A stretch of 63,627 nucleotides of DNA, filler included, from Pirum gemmata (lineage: Eukaryota): assembly GCA_002812295.1 (NCBI GenBank). It is 16 parts of 16 records of this genome, joined end to end, with 100 filler letters (N's around TTAATTAATTAA, not from the genome) between each part and the next. Parts side by side here need not be neighbours in the genome. Positions count along the whole stretch, not along the records: positions 9,100 to 12,725 come from PDIN01002252.1; positions 12,826 to 16,361 come from PDIN01002253.1; positions 16,462 to 20,062 come from PDIN01002254.1; positions 20,163 to 23,784 come from PDIN01002255.1; 12 more parts are not named here. One strand, written 5' to 3'. The position numbers and the translations under genes were made by a program. Positions 9,699 to 23,142 of the stretch are shown here, piece after piece. Positions within the stretch are counted from its first letter, which is position 1. Each line of letters opens with the position of its first letter. The notes beneath the pieces are model-generated. The model was not told the origin of the DNA, did not search any database, and saw only the letters and a program-made list of their open reading frames with translations.

Positions 9699-9979
9699 TA
9701 AGTCTTTTTCTTTTCTCTAACTAAAGATTGTTATTTTATTTTATTAGTCTATATGAATATGATATTAATATTATTTATATTCGAAACAAGCTATCGTGCT
9801 TTTCAGTTATCTATTAAATTTTTGTCTTCATTTATTATATATATATTTATTTATTTTAAAAAAGTATTAATTTATATATTCTAAACAGCCAAATAAATAT
9901 TCGGAGTGACAAAATAAATGAAAAGCATATTAGATTTATATTTAAATGAGATAAACTATAAAAGTAAATATAAATAATA

Positions 9980-10140
9980 GGTTTAGGGTTAGGGTAAAGT
10001 AAATATAAATAATAGGGTTAGGGTTAGGGTATAATAGGTTTAGCGTTAGGGTAAAGTAAATATAAATAATAGGGTTAGGGTTAGGGTTAGGGTTAGGGTT
10101 AGGGTTAGGGTTAGGGTTAGGGTTAGGGTTAGGGTTAGGG
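9980..10140 (+). repeat. Interstitial (TTAGGG)n array; a C-strand array lies at about 11148-11290
   Basis: Seen directly. Confidence 0.9.
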
Positions 10141-10283
10141 TATCCAACTCTTAACTCCAACTCTCACTACTCTACTACTAACTAGTCTTAGTAGTCTGTG
10201 ATATAATTTTAAATATCGATATTATAGTGTAATTTAGTTGCAGTACTAAGCTATATATATCAATATTACTATCGATATCTACT

Positions 10284-10413
10284 AGGAGCATTCAAATACT
10301 ACGTAACGCCAATTTCCAGTCAAATGCAGCTTCAAATACCCCAACCTACCTACCCCTCGACGTTGAATGCCGGTCAAATACCACCTACCTACCTACCCCT
10401 TGACGTGACGTAT
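10284..10413 (+). mobile_element. Truncated family A MITE
   Basis: Near-identical to 36831-36975 but lacks the right TIR. Confidence 0.75.
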
Positions 10414-11233
10414 TGGGGTCTAAAGATCATTATAATGTAATACTAGATTGTAATCTGAGCTTGTAAATAGCAAGTAGATAAATAGATTTCTTAGATCTTC
10501 AGTATTTAAATGCAAATCGAAGAGTATAGATTGACAATAATTGAGAGTTGACTAGAGAGGTCTAGCTTTATTTTTACACTTCTACTATCGTGCTTTTCAG
10601 TTGTTTTGTCATTATAAAATATACAATAAAGAGTACCAAATTAATATAATATAAATCCATTTCATTTAATTTGGTATATTTTATTATATATTTATTTATT
10701 TAAAAGTATCAATTAAAAAATTCTAACCAACCAAATAAATATTTAGAGTGGCAAAATAAATGAAAAGCGCTAGACTATATATAGACTATTATTATCGATA
10801 GCATATCATATCTAGCTAGAGTCAGTGCTTCTAATACTAATAATAAAATATTGATATATTAATATATAATATTAATATTATAATAGTTTTTACATATTGA
10901 TTATTATATGATGTAAAATTCAAGAGAATCGCCTTGTTTATAAGTGCTTAGACTCTACTACAAGTAACTAGTAGAAAAACCAGTAGAATCGTCCGTACTG
11001 GTGGGTGATGGTGTGTGATGGTGGGGTTAATTAAAATATAATTGAGAGTAATATCATAAATTCATAATGTAATATTAATATCTGATATAATTATGATGGT
11101 ATATATATATAGCGATAACTAAGTAGTGTTATGCATAGCTTTATCATAACCCTAACCCTAACCTTAGCCCTAACCCTAACCCTAACCCTAACCCTAACCT
11201 TTTACCCTAACCCTAACCGTAACCGTAACCCTA

Positions 11234-11266
<33 letters not shown>

Positions 11267-13518
11267 CCCTAACCCTAACCCAAACCCTCCCTATTCTATT
11301 TTATAATACGACTCTCCGTACAGTTTCTACCAGTTTTCTGATTGATATATCATCAGTAGCAGGGACCAAGCTTCTCCTAATTCTGTTTAAAAAAAAAAAC
11401 GAGTTTTCGAGTCTATGCATTAATTAAATAAGTTCGAAGATTTAAGCTAACAGTTAAATATTCGAGTATATTTATTTATTTATAAATCCGAAAAAATAGA
11501 AAAAATAATTTTCGAACAGGTTTCTGAATTTCGGCTTTTTTTTTTTTTTTTTTCGACAACAGAAATTCGAGTTTTCAGGCTCGAGCAGAATCCCAAAACC
11601 AAAGACTCCCATGAAAAAACATTATTTTGCTTGAATATTTATTTGGTTTGTTATAATACTTTTAAAAATTATTTATATAGCCTTTGCCCAAAACCCAAAA
11701 ATGTTGCCTCAAACCACATTTATGGTCAGATGCTAAAAATGTTGCCCTCAAACCACAGAATGAGAGGGTGGGCAAATGCTATCATTAGAATCTGTGTTTT
11801 TTCGATCAACTAGGGCTCGTTATTTATTAATAACTTTTGAATGCTATGAACATTGAACAAGTAGGTGTTTTCGAACAGATGCTTATCGAGCCGTGTTTCT
11901 TACTAAAAATAGCAGTTAAATAGCTTAAAATAATAAATATAATTTAGTAGATATCAATTAAAGTAATAATATTAACATTAATAGTAATAAAAACCATAAA
12001 TCGGAAAAGTTCCGGCAGCTGTTCGGTAATAATAAAATGACGTCATCTCACCCCTACTATTGAACAACAATATTAATAGTTGTTCGAAATATTCGAATTT
12101 GTAAAAAAAAAATTCTGAAAAAATGGTTCCTTTTCTTCGCAGTCTATCATAGACTCCATCCAGACTCCAAACCTATTTTGCGCTTTTCATTTATTTCGTC
12201 ACTCTGAATATTTATTTGGTAGGTTATAACATTTAAACTGACGTGTTTAAATAAATATATAAATAATAAAACATACCAAATTAAATTAAATGGATTTATA
12301 TTGTATTAATCTGGTATTATATGTTTTATGATCGTCAATTTCTTCTCAATCTTTAATTTGGTAAGTTTAAGTGTATAATTGGACTTTTTTATAAAATGAA
12401 ACATTTACTATAAAATACCAAATTAATCTGATAGTTTGACGATAATAATAATTTGGTATTTAATAATAATATTATGCTTATTTTAGTTTTTGAACTGAAC
12501 AACACTCAACACTAGTCTATTGAAATAGATTGAAATAGATCTCAAGATAGTCTACTTGACTACTAGACTACTACTAGCTAGACTATAGTCTAATAATATT
12601 TTTTTATTAGACTAGAGTGAAATATACAATAAATAGTACCAAATAAATACAATATAAATCCATTTTATATATATTGGTATATTTTATTATCTATTTATTG
12701 ATTTAAAAATATCAATTTAAATATTNNNNNNNNNNNNNNNNNNNNNNNNNNNNNNNNNNNNNNNNNNNNTTAATTAATTAANNNNNNNNNNNNNNNNNNN
12801 NNNNNNNNNNNNNNNNNNNNNNNNNATTATCTATATATTTATTTAAAAGTTTCAATTTAAATTTTATAACTCTCCAAATAAATGTTCAGAGTGACAAAAT
12901 AAATGAAAAGCACTAGACTATGGCCAGGCTACTACTAGCTAGCTAGCGCTAGGACCAGCAAAAAAATTCCCAATAAAACAAGAACCCCGCTGAGTAGAGT
13001 CTTGAGTAGTGTCTGAGTGGAGGCCTGAGGAACTAAGGAACTATGATATCATAGCTAGCTAGCTCTAGCTAGTAGCAGTAGCTCATTCTTGAAAAAAATT
13101 AAAGGAGGGGGTGGGTTACCGTGGGTTTAAGCTAGCTAGGCCATGAAAAAAGGCAAAAAAAAAGAAGAAATTTTAACTTACCAACTAACAACGAAAACTT
13201 ACAATATCAGAGTGCAATATTTTTAAAAAGATCCCATGTACCTTCAAAGTTCACACTGTTCACTGTTCACAGAGCTCTTCAGTCTTCACAGTGTACCGTA
13301 CCTTCAATCAAGGTTACAACACAAGTGATAAATTGTGTGGGCATATTTATAACATGAGAAGTTCTTGAGAACCTGCTTGAGAACCAGTCTACTGAAGTCT
13401 AGTTCTCATTATATAGACTAATGGGTGATTATGGGTCACAAAATAAAAAAGGGCTGCCAAGCTAGCTAGCTAGTATCAGATAGGCATTTTCTCTAGCTAG
13501 GGTTCTACTGTTGTAGTC

Positions 13519-13706
13519 TAGTGCTTTTCAGTTGTTTTGTCATCATAAAAACATACAATAAATAGTACCAAATAAATACAATATAAATCCATTTGATATA
13601 TTTTGGTATATTGTATTATCTATTTTTTGATTTAAAAATGTCAATTTAAAGGTTATAACCCTCCAAATAAATATTTAGAGTGACAAAATAAATGAAAAGC
13701 ACGATA
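13519..13706 (+). mobile_element. MITE family B (~185 bp, unclassified); other copies at about 9792-9930, 10586-10772, 12178-12315, 12826-12914, 14647-14823, 19795-19940, 51853-52056, 58981-59156, 59920-59951, 62686-62773
   Basis: TIR GTGCTTTTCA...TGAAAAGCAC and a conserved interior (AGTACCAAAT..AATCCATTT..GAGTGACAAAATAAA) across many contigs. Confidence 0.8.
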
Positions 13707-14415
13707 GTCTAGGTCCTAAGCCTCAAGTTATATCAATAACTAGTCTAATACTAGCTAGACTAGTAGTTATCAGATAGCTAGAACCGCTCTAGAGCTAGCT
13801 AGCTATCATAGTACGTTCAAACTTCAGAGTCTGTTCAGGTCCTTTTTCTGGAAGAATATTTTAGCACTATTTTATGATTTTTTTTTTAATAATATTATTA
13901 AAAAATCCTGTAAATATAATAATATATAAAATATCGATATATATATTATGATATATAATAAATAGTACTTTAATAATATACCAGTATAATCTATGATATT
14001 CTGATATCATTATACGCTATGTTATATCATGATATATCCGATATTATATCGATATATGTTAAATATATGTATATATATGTATATTATATAAGTTAATATA
14101 ATTTTACTACTATTTTATGATATCATATCGATAAGCAAGTCGATAAAATAGTATCAATCCTATTTACAATACTGTAGCGAGGCTAGGCTGGCTAGCTAGA
14201 GTAGCGAGGGGCGAGGGCCCCGTAAGATCTTATTTCCCTTATTTACTATTGTAAATTTGTAATCTACATTGATTCTACAAGTATATATTTTCAATGTTTT
14301 TGATGTTGTATTGTAATGATTCGTATCGATATGATATCGATCGATTATATAGATATCCTGATATGTCGGATAGGTCTATAGATTATTATAAATTATAATG
14401 TCAATAATATATTGA

Positions 14416-14580
14416 TCGTTCAAATAATACGTCATTTCAAGGGGTAGTTAGGTAAGCGGTATTAACGTCAAGGCCCAAGGGGTATGTATCTAGCTAGATA
14501 GGTAGGCAGGGGTATTTGAAGCTGTACTTGACCGGAAATTGCAGCCGGAAATTGGCGTTACGTAGTATTTGAACGCTCCC
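14416..14580 (-). mobile_element. Family A MITE copy, reverse orientation
   Basis: Ends GGCGTTACGTAGTATTTGAACGCTCCC. Confidence 0.75.
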
Positions 14581-16564
14581 TTATATAGAAGTTATTATTA
14601 TCATATTATTTAAAAAGCTATTGATTATCATAATATTATCATATATATCGTGCTTTTCATTTATTTTGTCACTCTGAATATTTTTTTGGAGGGCTATAAT
14701 ACTTGACATTTTTAAATAAATAGATAGATAATGAAGTATACCAAATTAAATTAAATGGATTTATATTGTATTAATTTGGTACTATTTATTGTATATTTTA
14801 TGATGACAAAACAACTGAAAAGCTACAGGAAGTAGAGAACTGCTCGAGCTCGCATATATTTTTAAAATAAAACAAGTAACAGTAATAATTTTTCTTCTTT
14901 AAATTTCTGTGTAGTATAGTGAAGCGTAGTATATATAAGAATACGTATTGCACTGTGTGGTATTTTACTGCATTTTATTGTACTGTACATGTGTGTTTTA
15001 ATTATTAAAATATTGTTTTATTTTATATTTTATTTGTATTGTATTGTATTAATACTGTATAGTATTTATTGTACAAACATGTCAATTACGGTATGTACTG
15101 CATATATAATAAGTATAGTATCATATACCGGTAGTATTATATAATTTATATTCTAGAATTTATATTGCATTGTATTATTATTGTGTGCATGATTCGATAC
15201 TTTGTAAACTCTTTGCAGACTGTCAAAGCATCTCATGGTCAAAGACTAACATGTTCCTCCAAACTTCCAAAGTCTCCGAAGTTCCTCGTGGGCTCTCGTG
15301 AAACATCTGAGACAATGTCACTGTCTGTCAGTGACTCAGTGTGTCACTGAGTCAAACAAACAGTAAACAAACCCTCTAGCTAGTAGCTAGCTAGCTAGCT
15401 AGCTAGAGCAGAAACGGAGGAGTTTTTTTTTTTTTTTTGGACTCCTTGATTTATAAAAATTGACTCTGCCGGTAGAAAAAAATTTAAAAAACAGGAAAAT
15501 TCACTGAAAATTCACAGCTGTCTTGACTCTTTAGAGCACTTTTAGAGCTCTCTTTTAAATAGGCGGAAATTTCAAATTAGGCCTGGGTCTTTGATAAATT
15601 ATTTATAGACTATCTATGAATGACCCCTGACGGGCCTGACCAGCTGGGCAATTTTTAGATTATGAATTTTAATATGATAGACTACCAATATCATATATGA
15701 ACTGTCTAGCTAGCTAGCTAGATAGCTAGCACTGCTACCATATCAGATATCATTATTTGCAGTATTTATTTGCATGATATTTCTTCAAGGAAGTACTTGG
15801 ATAGATAGGTATATCATCTGCTAGCTAGCTAGCTAGCTAGCCTATATCACTACTAGGCCTATATCATAATAAATTTTTATAAACAGTTACTATTTGTTAG
15901 ATAAAACTTATCTCCTTCATATAAATCAGGATAAATCAAACTCTAGCTAGCTAGACTACTATAGTCTAGTCTAGTCTGGTAGTAAAAAATCGTGTTAACC
16001 AGTTCTAAAAGAGTTCTAAAACTGAAACAAACGTTACCAAATTATTACTATGGTTATATTATCAGACATGTTTTAATTGATTTGGTATTTTATAATAAAT
16101 TTTGAATTTTATAAACAATTCAATTATATATTTTAAAAGTACCAAATTAAAGTTATTGTTATTGTTATTGTTATTGTTATTGTTATTGTTATTGTTATTG
16201 TTATTGTTAATGTTAAAATGTTATTGTTATTGTTAATGTTATTGTTATTGTTATTGTTATTGTTATTGTTATTGGTATTGTTATTGTTATAATTATTATT
16301 ATAATTATTGTTATTGTTATTGTTATTGTTATTGTTATTGTTATTGTTATTGTTATTGTTANNNNNNNNNNNNNNNNNNNNNNNNNNNNNNNNNNNNNNN
16401 NNNNNTTAATTAATTAANNNNNNNNNNNNNNNNNNNNNNNNNNNNNNNNNNNNNNNNNNNNTAATAATAATAATAATAATAGTAATAAAAATGATACTAC
16501 TATATATATAATATAACAATTGTTTTCTTTATTTAAAATAAATATATTTTATATTATTTCAGTA

Positions 16565-18690
16565 ATGTCTTCATCAACTCCCATTAATAGCGGTATATCG
16601 TTATTTTCTCCTGTCCCTCCAAAGAAGCGAAAACCACCGCCACAACAACAACAACAACAGTCCAAATTACAACCACAACCACAATTACAGCCACAACCAC
16701 AATTAAAAACACAAGAACATGAGCGTGTACACGCTTTAGGATTTAGCCCTTTGCCACCAAAAAAGTCTGTAAAAAATAATTCTGAATTTAAGTTGCATAA
16801 CAATGAATTAGATGTTTACCTAAAACAAGAAAACCAAACTACGTTAATTTCTTCGAAATTAAAACAAATTTCTAGTACAGACAAATTTGAATTACCGCCC
16901 AATAGGAATACCATCTCTAAATCTCACTCACAAGATTCATTACAAGACCTTTATAGTAAAGAACTTCAACAGCAACAGCAGCAATCTTTAAGCTTCCTAT
17001 TTCGTCACAAACCACCAAAAAAGAAAGCAAATAGACAACCGCAACCACAACCACAACCGCTACCACAACCGCCACTGCAACTGCAAGAACGACCACAAGA
17101 ACGACCCCATCCACAAACCCAAGAAACCCAACAAAACCATCAAACCCAAAAGAACAACCACCTCGGCCATAAGGACCAGCAACAAAAACAGCTATTGAGC
17201 TTTTTAGAACATAAACCACCTGTAAAAAGACAATGTAAAAAACTACAACAACAACCACATGTACAACAAACAAAACAACCACAACCACAACCACAACCAC
17301 AACCACAACCACAACCACAACCACAACTACAACCACAACCACAATCACAACCACAACCACAACCACAACAACAAAAACAAAAACAAAAACAAAAACAACC
17401 ACAACAAGAACAACACCAGCAACACCACCCAGTGTATTGTTTCGAACAGAATGATTCAGGTATTTTAGACCTATCGGAAGATGATGAACAAAATGATAGT
17501 AATAGAAGATCACAAAATCCTTCTTTCGATAGCGGTGAAAATATATCTGAAGAAAATGATTTGGAGTATTCTCCNNNNNNNNNNNNNNNNNNNNNNNNNN
17601 NNNNNNNNNNNNNNNNNNNNNNNNNNNNNNNNNNNNNNNNNNNNNNNNNNNNNNNNNNNATGTGAAAAAAAAGACTGTTCTTGATTACTACACAAAGAGG
17701 CCGCCTTATGGTGTTGCACCTCCGCCAGGGTTTGCCGTACCCAGGCGAGTTTTCAATACAATGACTGACCTTAAAGTATATATACCTGGTGCAATTCATG
17801 AAGGGTTCCAGCACTTACGCTTAGCGGAAGTACATGTTTTACCTTGCGTATTTAGCAGTGAGTTTGAAAATGAATTTAACTTAAAAAAATATCAAATTCA
17901 AAAGTGTAGAGATTTTTACCAGATAAAAATGGAATTGGCCAGGGAAATGGAGTTCTTGAATCTTGAAATAACTCACAAGTATCGGTGTCAAAAAGAAAAA
18001 TTGCAAAAGGAACTCAACGCAGGAATAGATGGAAAGCAGAACATACATCTAGATCCTATCGATATACAAACTATAATGGATCAAATAAGAGTGGACTACC
18101 AAGCCAACATTAACAAAATTTATATAAAAAAAAGAAAAATCGAAATTAATTTGTACAAAAGGCATTTCGACACTGAACAACAAATTTTACTCGATATTGA
18201 CGAAAAAGAAATGCAAAAACTAAGGGATGAGTATACCCAAAACATGGGCAAGGCCTACAAAAAAAAAAAGTTAAAAGAAATGAAAAACAAAATTATAAAT
18301 ATAGAAAAAGCTCGTAAGGAAGGATTGGATACAGTTCGAAATGATGGCAAAAATGTCGCTTTAAAACAGCTGATAACATCTAAAAATCTTAACAGTAATA
18401 GTAAGTTAGAAAAAATCAACACTGATTTCGAACAATATAAGACCATGAAAGAAATGGAACTTAACCATAACATGTGCTTGTTAGCGGAAGCCCAAGAATT
18501 TAGAAGGGAAGCCATTTCGTTTATTCATGAATATTACTTAATCCATATTGCAAACATTTACAATTTTTACTCAGACTTGGAAAATTCACACAAAACTTAC
18601 AAAAATACTATCCCGATTTCTAAAAATTCTAAGGATTATAATTTTGCAATGGCCTGTTGTCCGATTGTTAGCTCTTTCAACAATCATTGA
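16565..18690 (+). CDS. Large Gln/Pro-rich plus coiled-coil protein, probably one gene across the 17575-17659 gap; function unknown
   Basis: Two long same-strand ORFs either side of an N gap; recurring FSPxPPKK / SFLxHKPPxK motif. Confidence 0.6.
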
Positions 18691-19515
18691 TAAAAGTGAG
18701 GGCTGGTTTTATAATTTACAAATTTGTAATAGTGCATATTATGATTTATATTGTACCTGTAATCATTCTGTATTATATAATATTGTTTTATTATTATTTT
18801 AAGATTTAAAATTCCAAAACTTAATTAATTAAAAGCCCTCTTTACCTTAGCTAATTTTTGCGGTTATTATAATTATTATATTGTTGTTTATTAATTTTAA
18901 ATAATTGTATGATGTTTAAATTTATTAAATTTTATTCCTTTCAAATTTCATAAACTATTTTTTGTTTATTGTTGTATCATGTTCATAAAGTATTAGTAAT
19001 TGTTGTAATAATTTAAGTTCGTTGCAATTGCTAATTATATATTATTATCATGAAAAAAATATATGTTAGACTCTACAAGATTTTATTGTTGATCATTAAA
19101 ATGTGTATTGAGTGAAGTATATGTTTATTATTTATCAAGTTTTTTTGTAAATATGATAAACCCCCATGAACTCAACATTTTCTTTTTACACAATATTTCA
19201 AATCTTACAGCTTTTTAAGCAGTGAATAATCAGCTGGTTTATATATAACACTTTTAACTATAATATATATTTTGACGGTGCAGTCAGTGATGCTTTACCG
19301 GTATATAATGTTATCATTGCTATATACAAATTAGAAAAGAAAATTAAAAAAATTAAACAATACAACAAACTTAATTTAAACTATTATAAGGAAATGTGTA
19401 AGTTGCAAAATTAAACAAGATAAAACCTATATATCCTTACATTGAGAAATATTGAATATGTTCCAGATTATTTAAATGGAAGTCTTGCTTTAGACGTGAG
19501 TATATATATGTATAT

Positions 19516-19774
19516 GTAAACCTTCCCCATACTCATCCTTTTGGTGACGAGGGAATATATGTTATTAAGGGTTCTTCTCTACGGGTGGCATTTGCCGAGC
19601 AAAACGGTGGTCGAATTATTGTTAATGATATTATCAACGATACTTCGACATTTTTTAATTATGCACTATCAACAAAATCTCGGGTGTGATCCCATAGAAT
19701 TCATATTTGTTTTAAACAGTTTTGACCCTGGACTTCAAACCACCACCATCAACTATATATATATGAAGCGATAG
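19516..19774 (+). pseudogene. Germin/spherulin-like cupin pseudogene (frameshifted)
   Basis: One frame gives VNLPHTHPFGDEGIYVIKG..LRVAFAEQNGGRIIVND; a second gives MHYQQNLGCDPIEFIFVLNSFDPG. These are germin cupin boxes 1 and 2 in different frames. Confidence 0.75.
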
Positions 19775-20000
19775 CTATTACAAAGTTAAAGTTCTCGGTT
19801 GTTTTGCCAATATAAAATATACAATTAAATTCCAAATAAACATTAGATAAATCCATTTCATTTTATTTTATATTATATTATTATTTTTTATTCATTTAAT
19901 TAAAAATGTCAATTTAAAGGTTATAGCCCGCCAAATAAAAACACAAAATACATAAAAAGTAATTGTATTATTATTAGTATTATTATTATTACCATTATTA

Positions 20001-20047
<47 letters not shown>

Positions 20048-20282
20048 AAAATATTATTATTTNNNNNNNNNNNNNNNNNNNNNNNNNNNNNNNNNNNNNN
20101 NNNNNNTTAATTAATTAANNNNNNNNNNNNNNNNNNNNNNNNNNNNNNNNNNNNNNNNNNNNTCTCTTATCTCCCATCTCTTATCTCTGTCTCTCATCTC
20201 TTATCTCTTATCTTGTATCTTATTAATCATTATTATCAATTATTTATATTCATTATCATGTAATACTTTTTGAAATTTATAG

Positions 20283-20449
20283 AATGTGGTAAATTTCAAT
20301 GTTCGCGTTACAATTATCCAGGTCAAGCAAAGCCGCAATTTTGTTTTTTGTGCAAAAAACCGGGCATGGTTGAATATAAAATTATCACAAAGGATATCGC
20401 AAAAACTTTACCACGTGGATGTGTTCGAGCCCCGATTCAAAAGCGTTAG
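20283..20449 (+). CDS. Terminal exon encoding an EsV-1-7-like cysteine-rich repeat
   Basis: After an AG acceptor: CGKFQCSRYNYPGQAKPQFCFLCKKPGMVEY...QKR*, matching the recalled FNxPG-x5-C-x2-C/H-K-x2-GMV pattern. Confidence 0.6.
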
Positions 20450-20487
20450 TTTATGTTTTATGCTTTATCTCGATATTTTTATGTTTT

Positions 20488-21240
20488 TATTTGTGTTTTT
20501 GTGTTTTTGTGTTTTTGTGTTTTTGTGTTTTTGTGTTTTTGTGTTTTTGTGTTTTTGTGTTTTTGTGTTTTTGTGTTTTTGTGTTTTTGTGTTTTTNNNN
20601 NNNNNNNNNNNNNNNNNNNNNNNNNNNNNNNNNNNNNNNNNNNNNNNNNNNNNNNNNNNNNNNNNNNNNNNNNNNNNNNNNNNNNNNNNNNNNNNNNNNN
20701 NNNNNNNNNNNNNNNNNNNNNNTGTGTTTTTGTGTTTTTGTGTTTTTGTGTTTTTGTGTTTTTGTGTTTTTGTGTTTTTGTGTTTTTGTGTTTTTGTGTT
20801 TTTGTGTTTTTGTGTTTTTGTGTTTTTGTGGTTTTGTGGTTTTGTGGTTTTGTGTTTTGTGTTTTTGTGGTTTTGTGTTTTTGTGGTTTTGTGGTTTTGT
20901 GGTTTTGTGGTTTTGTGTTTTTGTGGTTTTGTGTTTTTGCGTTTTTGTGTTATGTTTTTGTGTTTTTGTGTTTTTGTGTTTTTGTGTTTTTGTGTTTTTG
21001 TGTGTTTGTGTGTTTGTGTGTTTGGGGTTTTCTATTTTTATGTGTTTGTGTATTTGTGTTTTTGTGTTTTTGTGCTTATGTGTTTTTATTGTTTTGTGGT
21101 TTTGTGGTTTTGTGGTTTTGTGTTTTGTTTTTGTTTTTGTGTTTTTATTGTTTTGTGTTTTTTTATTTTTGTGTTTTTGTGTTTTCGTATTTTTGTGTTT
21201 TTGTGTTTTTGTGTTTTTATGTTTTTATGTTTTTATGTTT
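20488..21240. repeat. (TTTTTGTG)n 8-bp microsatellite, degenerate distally
   Basis: Seen directly. Confidence 0.95.
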
Positions 21241-22071
21241 TTTTTGTTTTGATGTTCTTTTATTCTTATTTTTTATGCTTTTTATTTTATGCCAATGTTT
21301 ATTTGTTTACTATTGTAACAAATAGGGAAACGTAGTCAAGCAAAACCGGGTTCGTTTACTAAAAGCATTGGTAAATATATTCTTAGCAAGTCATCTTTAT
21401 ATTTTTTACATAACGTTTACCAATTAAGTATCCAGTATCATTTATTTATAATTATTAATCCTTTTTCCAACAACCAACAACCAACAATTAACAATTAACA
21501 CTTAACAATTAACATTCAACATTTGACCATTAAAAATTGAAACTTAACAATTAACAATAACAATTAACAATTAATAGTAATTAAAACACTTAATAATTAA
21601 TACTTAACAATCATCAATCAACAATCGACAGTAAACGATAAAAACTTAATAATTAATACTTAACAATCAACAATCAACAATCAACAATTCGCAATTAACG
21701 ATTACTAATTACCATTTTGCCTCTAACCATTATAAATGATCAATTATCAATTGTCATCCCTAACCCTAACTCAGTTTTCAATTACCTCAATTTTTAAACC
21801 CTAACCCTAACCCTAACCCTAACCATAACCATAACCCATTACCGAATTTTCAAATGTTAAATATCAAATATCAAATATCAAATATCAAATATCAAATATC
21901 AAATGTTTAAATATCAAATGTAGAAATTGTCACCTGTCCGGTCATGGTAACACCTTTCGAATATTGAATATAAACATCAATTTATTAAATAGTAAATAGT
22001 AAATATCCATTTTTAAATACCAAATATGAAATTTAGGCATATCTGAATACAAAATTGTTCCCAATCCGATC

Positions 22072-23142
22072 ATGGAAAAAGTAATCACACCACTACCTAG
22101 AAAGTTCCAAGCTTTGCCCCAGCTTCCACTCTTTCCGATAAGCATGTCCAGACTACCCACTCTTCAACATCCACATCCAGTGCTACCTATTAGGCGTGAT
22201 TCTATTCCTTCGAAAGCAGAAAGCCCAACTGTAACAACAAACACAAGAATCACCGCTATCTCAACAACTACTAACCCTAACCCACCTCCCATAAAAAATA
22301 CAAGAAGTGCAAGAGCCACAAGACGAGCGACTGCAAACAAAACAACAACGCAAACGACCAGCACGACAACACCAACAACAACAGCCCCAACAACCAAAAC
22401 AGCACCTACTAAAACAACAACCAAAACAACAACAACGAAACCAATAACGCCAGAAACAATCGTTCCTACCACAATGTCAATATCATCTTCATCAATCACA
22501 AGAGCATCATCATCATCAACAGCAGCAACAGCAACAACAACGGCAACATTAACAAATCCAATTTGTTTAACACCCACAATAAAAACTAATAAGCCGATAG
22601 CACTCATACCACGCGGGCGCCTCCCACCCAGAACAATAAACCCAAATATAAAACCGAAACCACCACTAAAAGTAAATACTCGAAATAACATTCCTGGTTT
22701 AAATAATATAAACAGTATAAACAATATAAACAATATAAACAATATAAACAATATAAACAATATACAAAATATAAACAATATAAACAATATAAACAATATA
22801 AACAATATAAACAATGGAATGGTAAGCAGAAAGATATCAAACAATAGAATTGCAACCGGTATTTACCCATTTCCAACTGTTGTACACCCATCTATGCCTG
22901 GTTTAAATCAGCCACCGGCGCCGAATTTACACAATGATAATAATAATGATACTGAAGATGAAAAACATAGCTCAGAGTTTAACCCTTATGTTTATGAACC
23001 ACTACGTAGAGAAAATTTCGGCCTGACAAAAGATCATGTTAATTTAAATATTAACTTTAACGACAAGATTTTGAATAATAAGAAGAATAAGAGTAAGAAC
23101 GGCATTGGTAATGATAATAATTTTAATAGTGATAATGATTAA
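22072..23142 (+). CDS. Low-complexity Thr/Pro/Asn-rich hypothetical protein
   Basis: 356-aa ATG-initiated ORF with non-repetitive segments; no recognisable domain. Confidence 0.45.
   Translation: MEKVITPLPRKFQALPQLPLFPISMSRLPTLQHPHPVLPIRRDSIPSKAESPTVTTNTRITAISTTTNPNPPPIKNTRSARATRRATANKTTTQTTSTTTPTTTAPTTKTAPTKTTTKTTTTKPITPETIVPTTMSISSSSITRASSSSTAATATTTATLTNPICLTPTIKTNKPIALIPRGRLPPRTINPNIKPKPPLKVNTRNNIPGLNNINSINNINNINNINNINNIQNINNINNINNINNINNGMVSRKISNNRIATGIYPFPTVVHPSMPGLNQPPAPNLHNDNNNDTEDEKHSSEFNPYVYEPLRRENFGLTKDHVNLNINFNDKILNNKKNKSKNGIGNDNNFNSDND

Noticed and set aside
9980..11290. TTAGGG arrays as true chromosome ends
   Set aside because: Short, degenerate, internal and in both orientations; similar arrays lie inside introns
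12619..12914. MITE apparently continuous across a linker, implying real adjacency
   Set aside because: The two halves overlap in consensus and differ in sequence; contigs simply break in this high-copy repeat
16917..17814. Cys/Gly- and Val-rich minus-strand ORFs (metallothionein-like look); likewise 47129-47647 and 22164-22891
   Set aside because: Antisense shadows of repeat-rich coding sequence on the other strand
20286..21335. Three long overlapping Phe/Cys/Val ORFs
   Set aside because: Translations of a stop-free (TTTTTGTG)n microsatellite and an N gap
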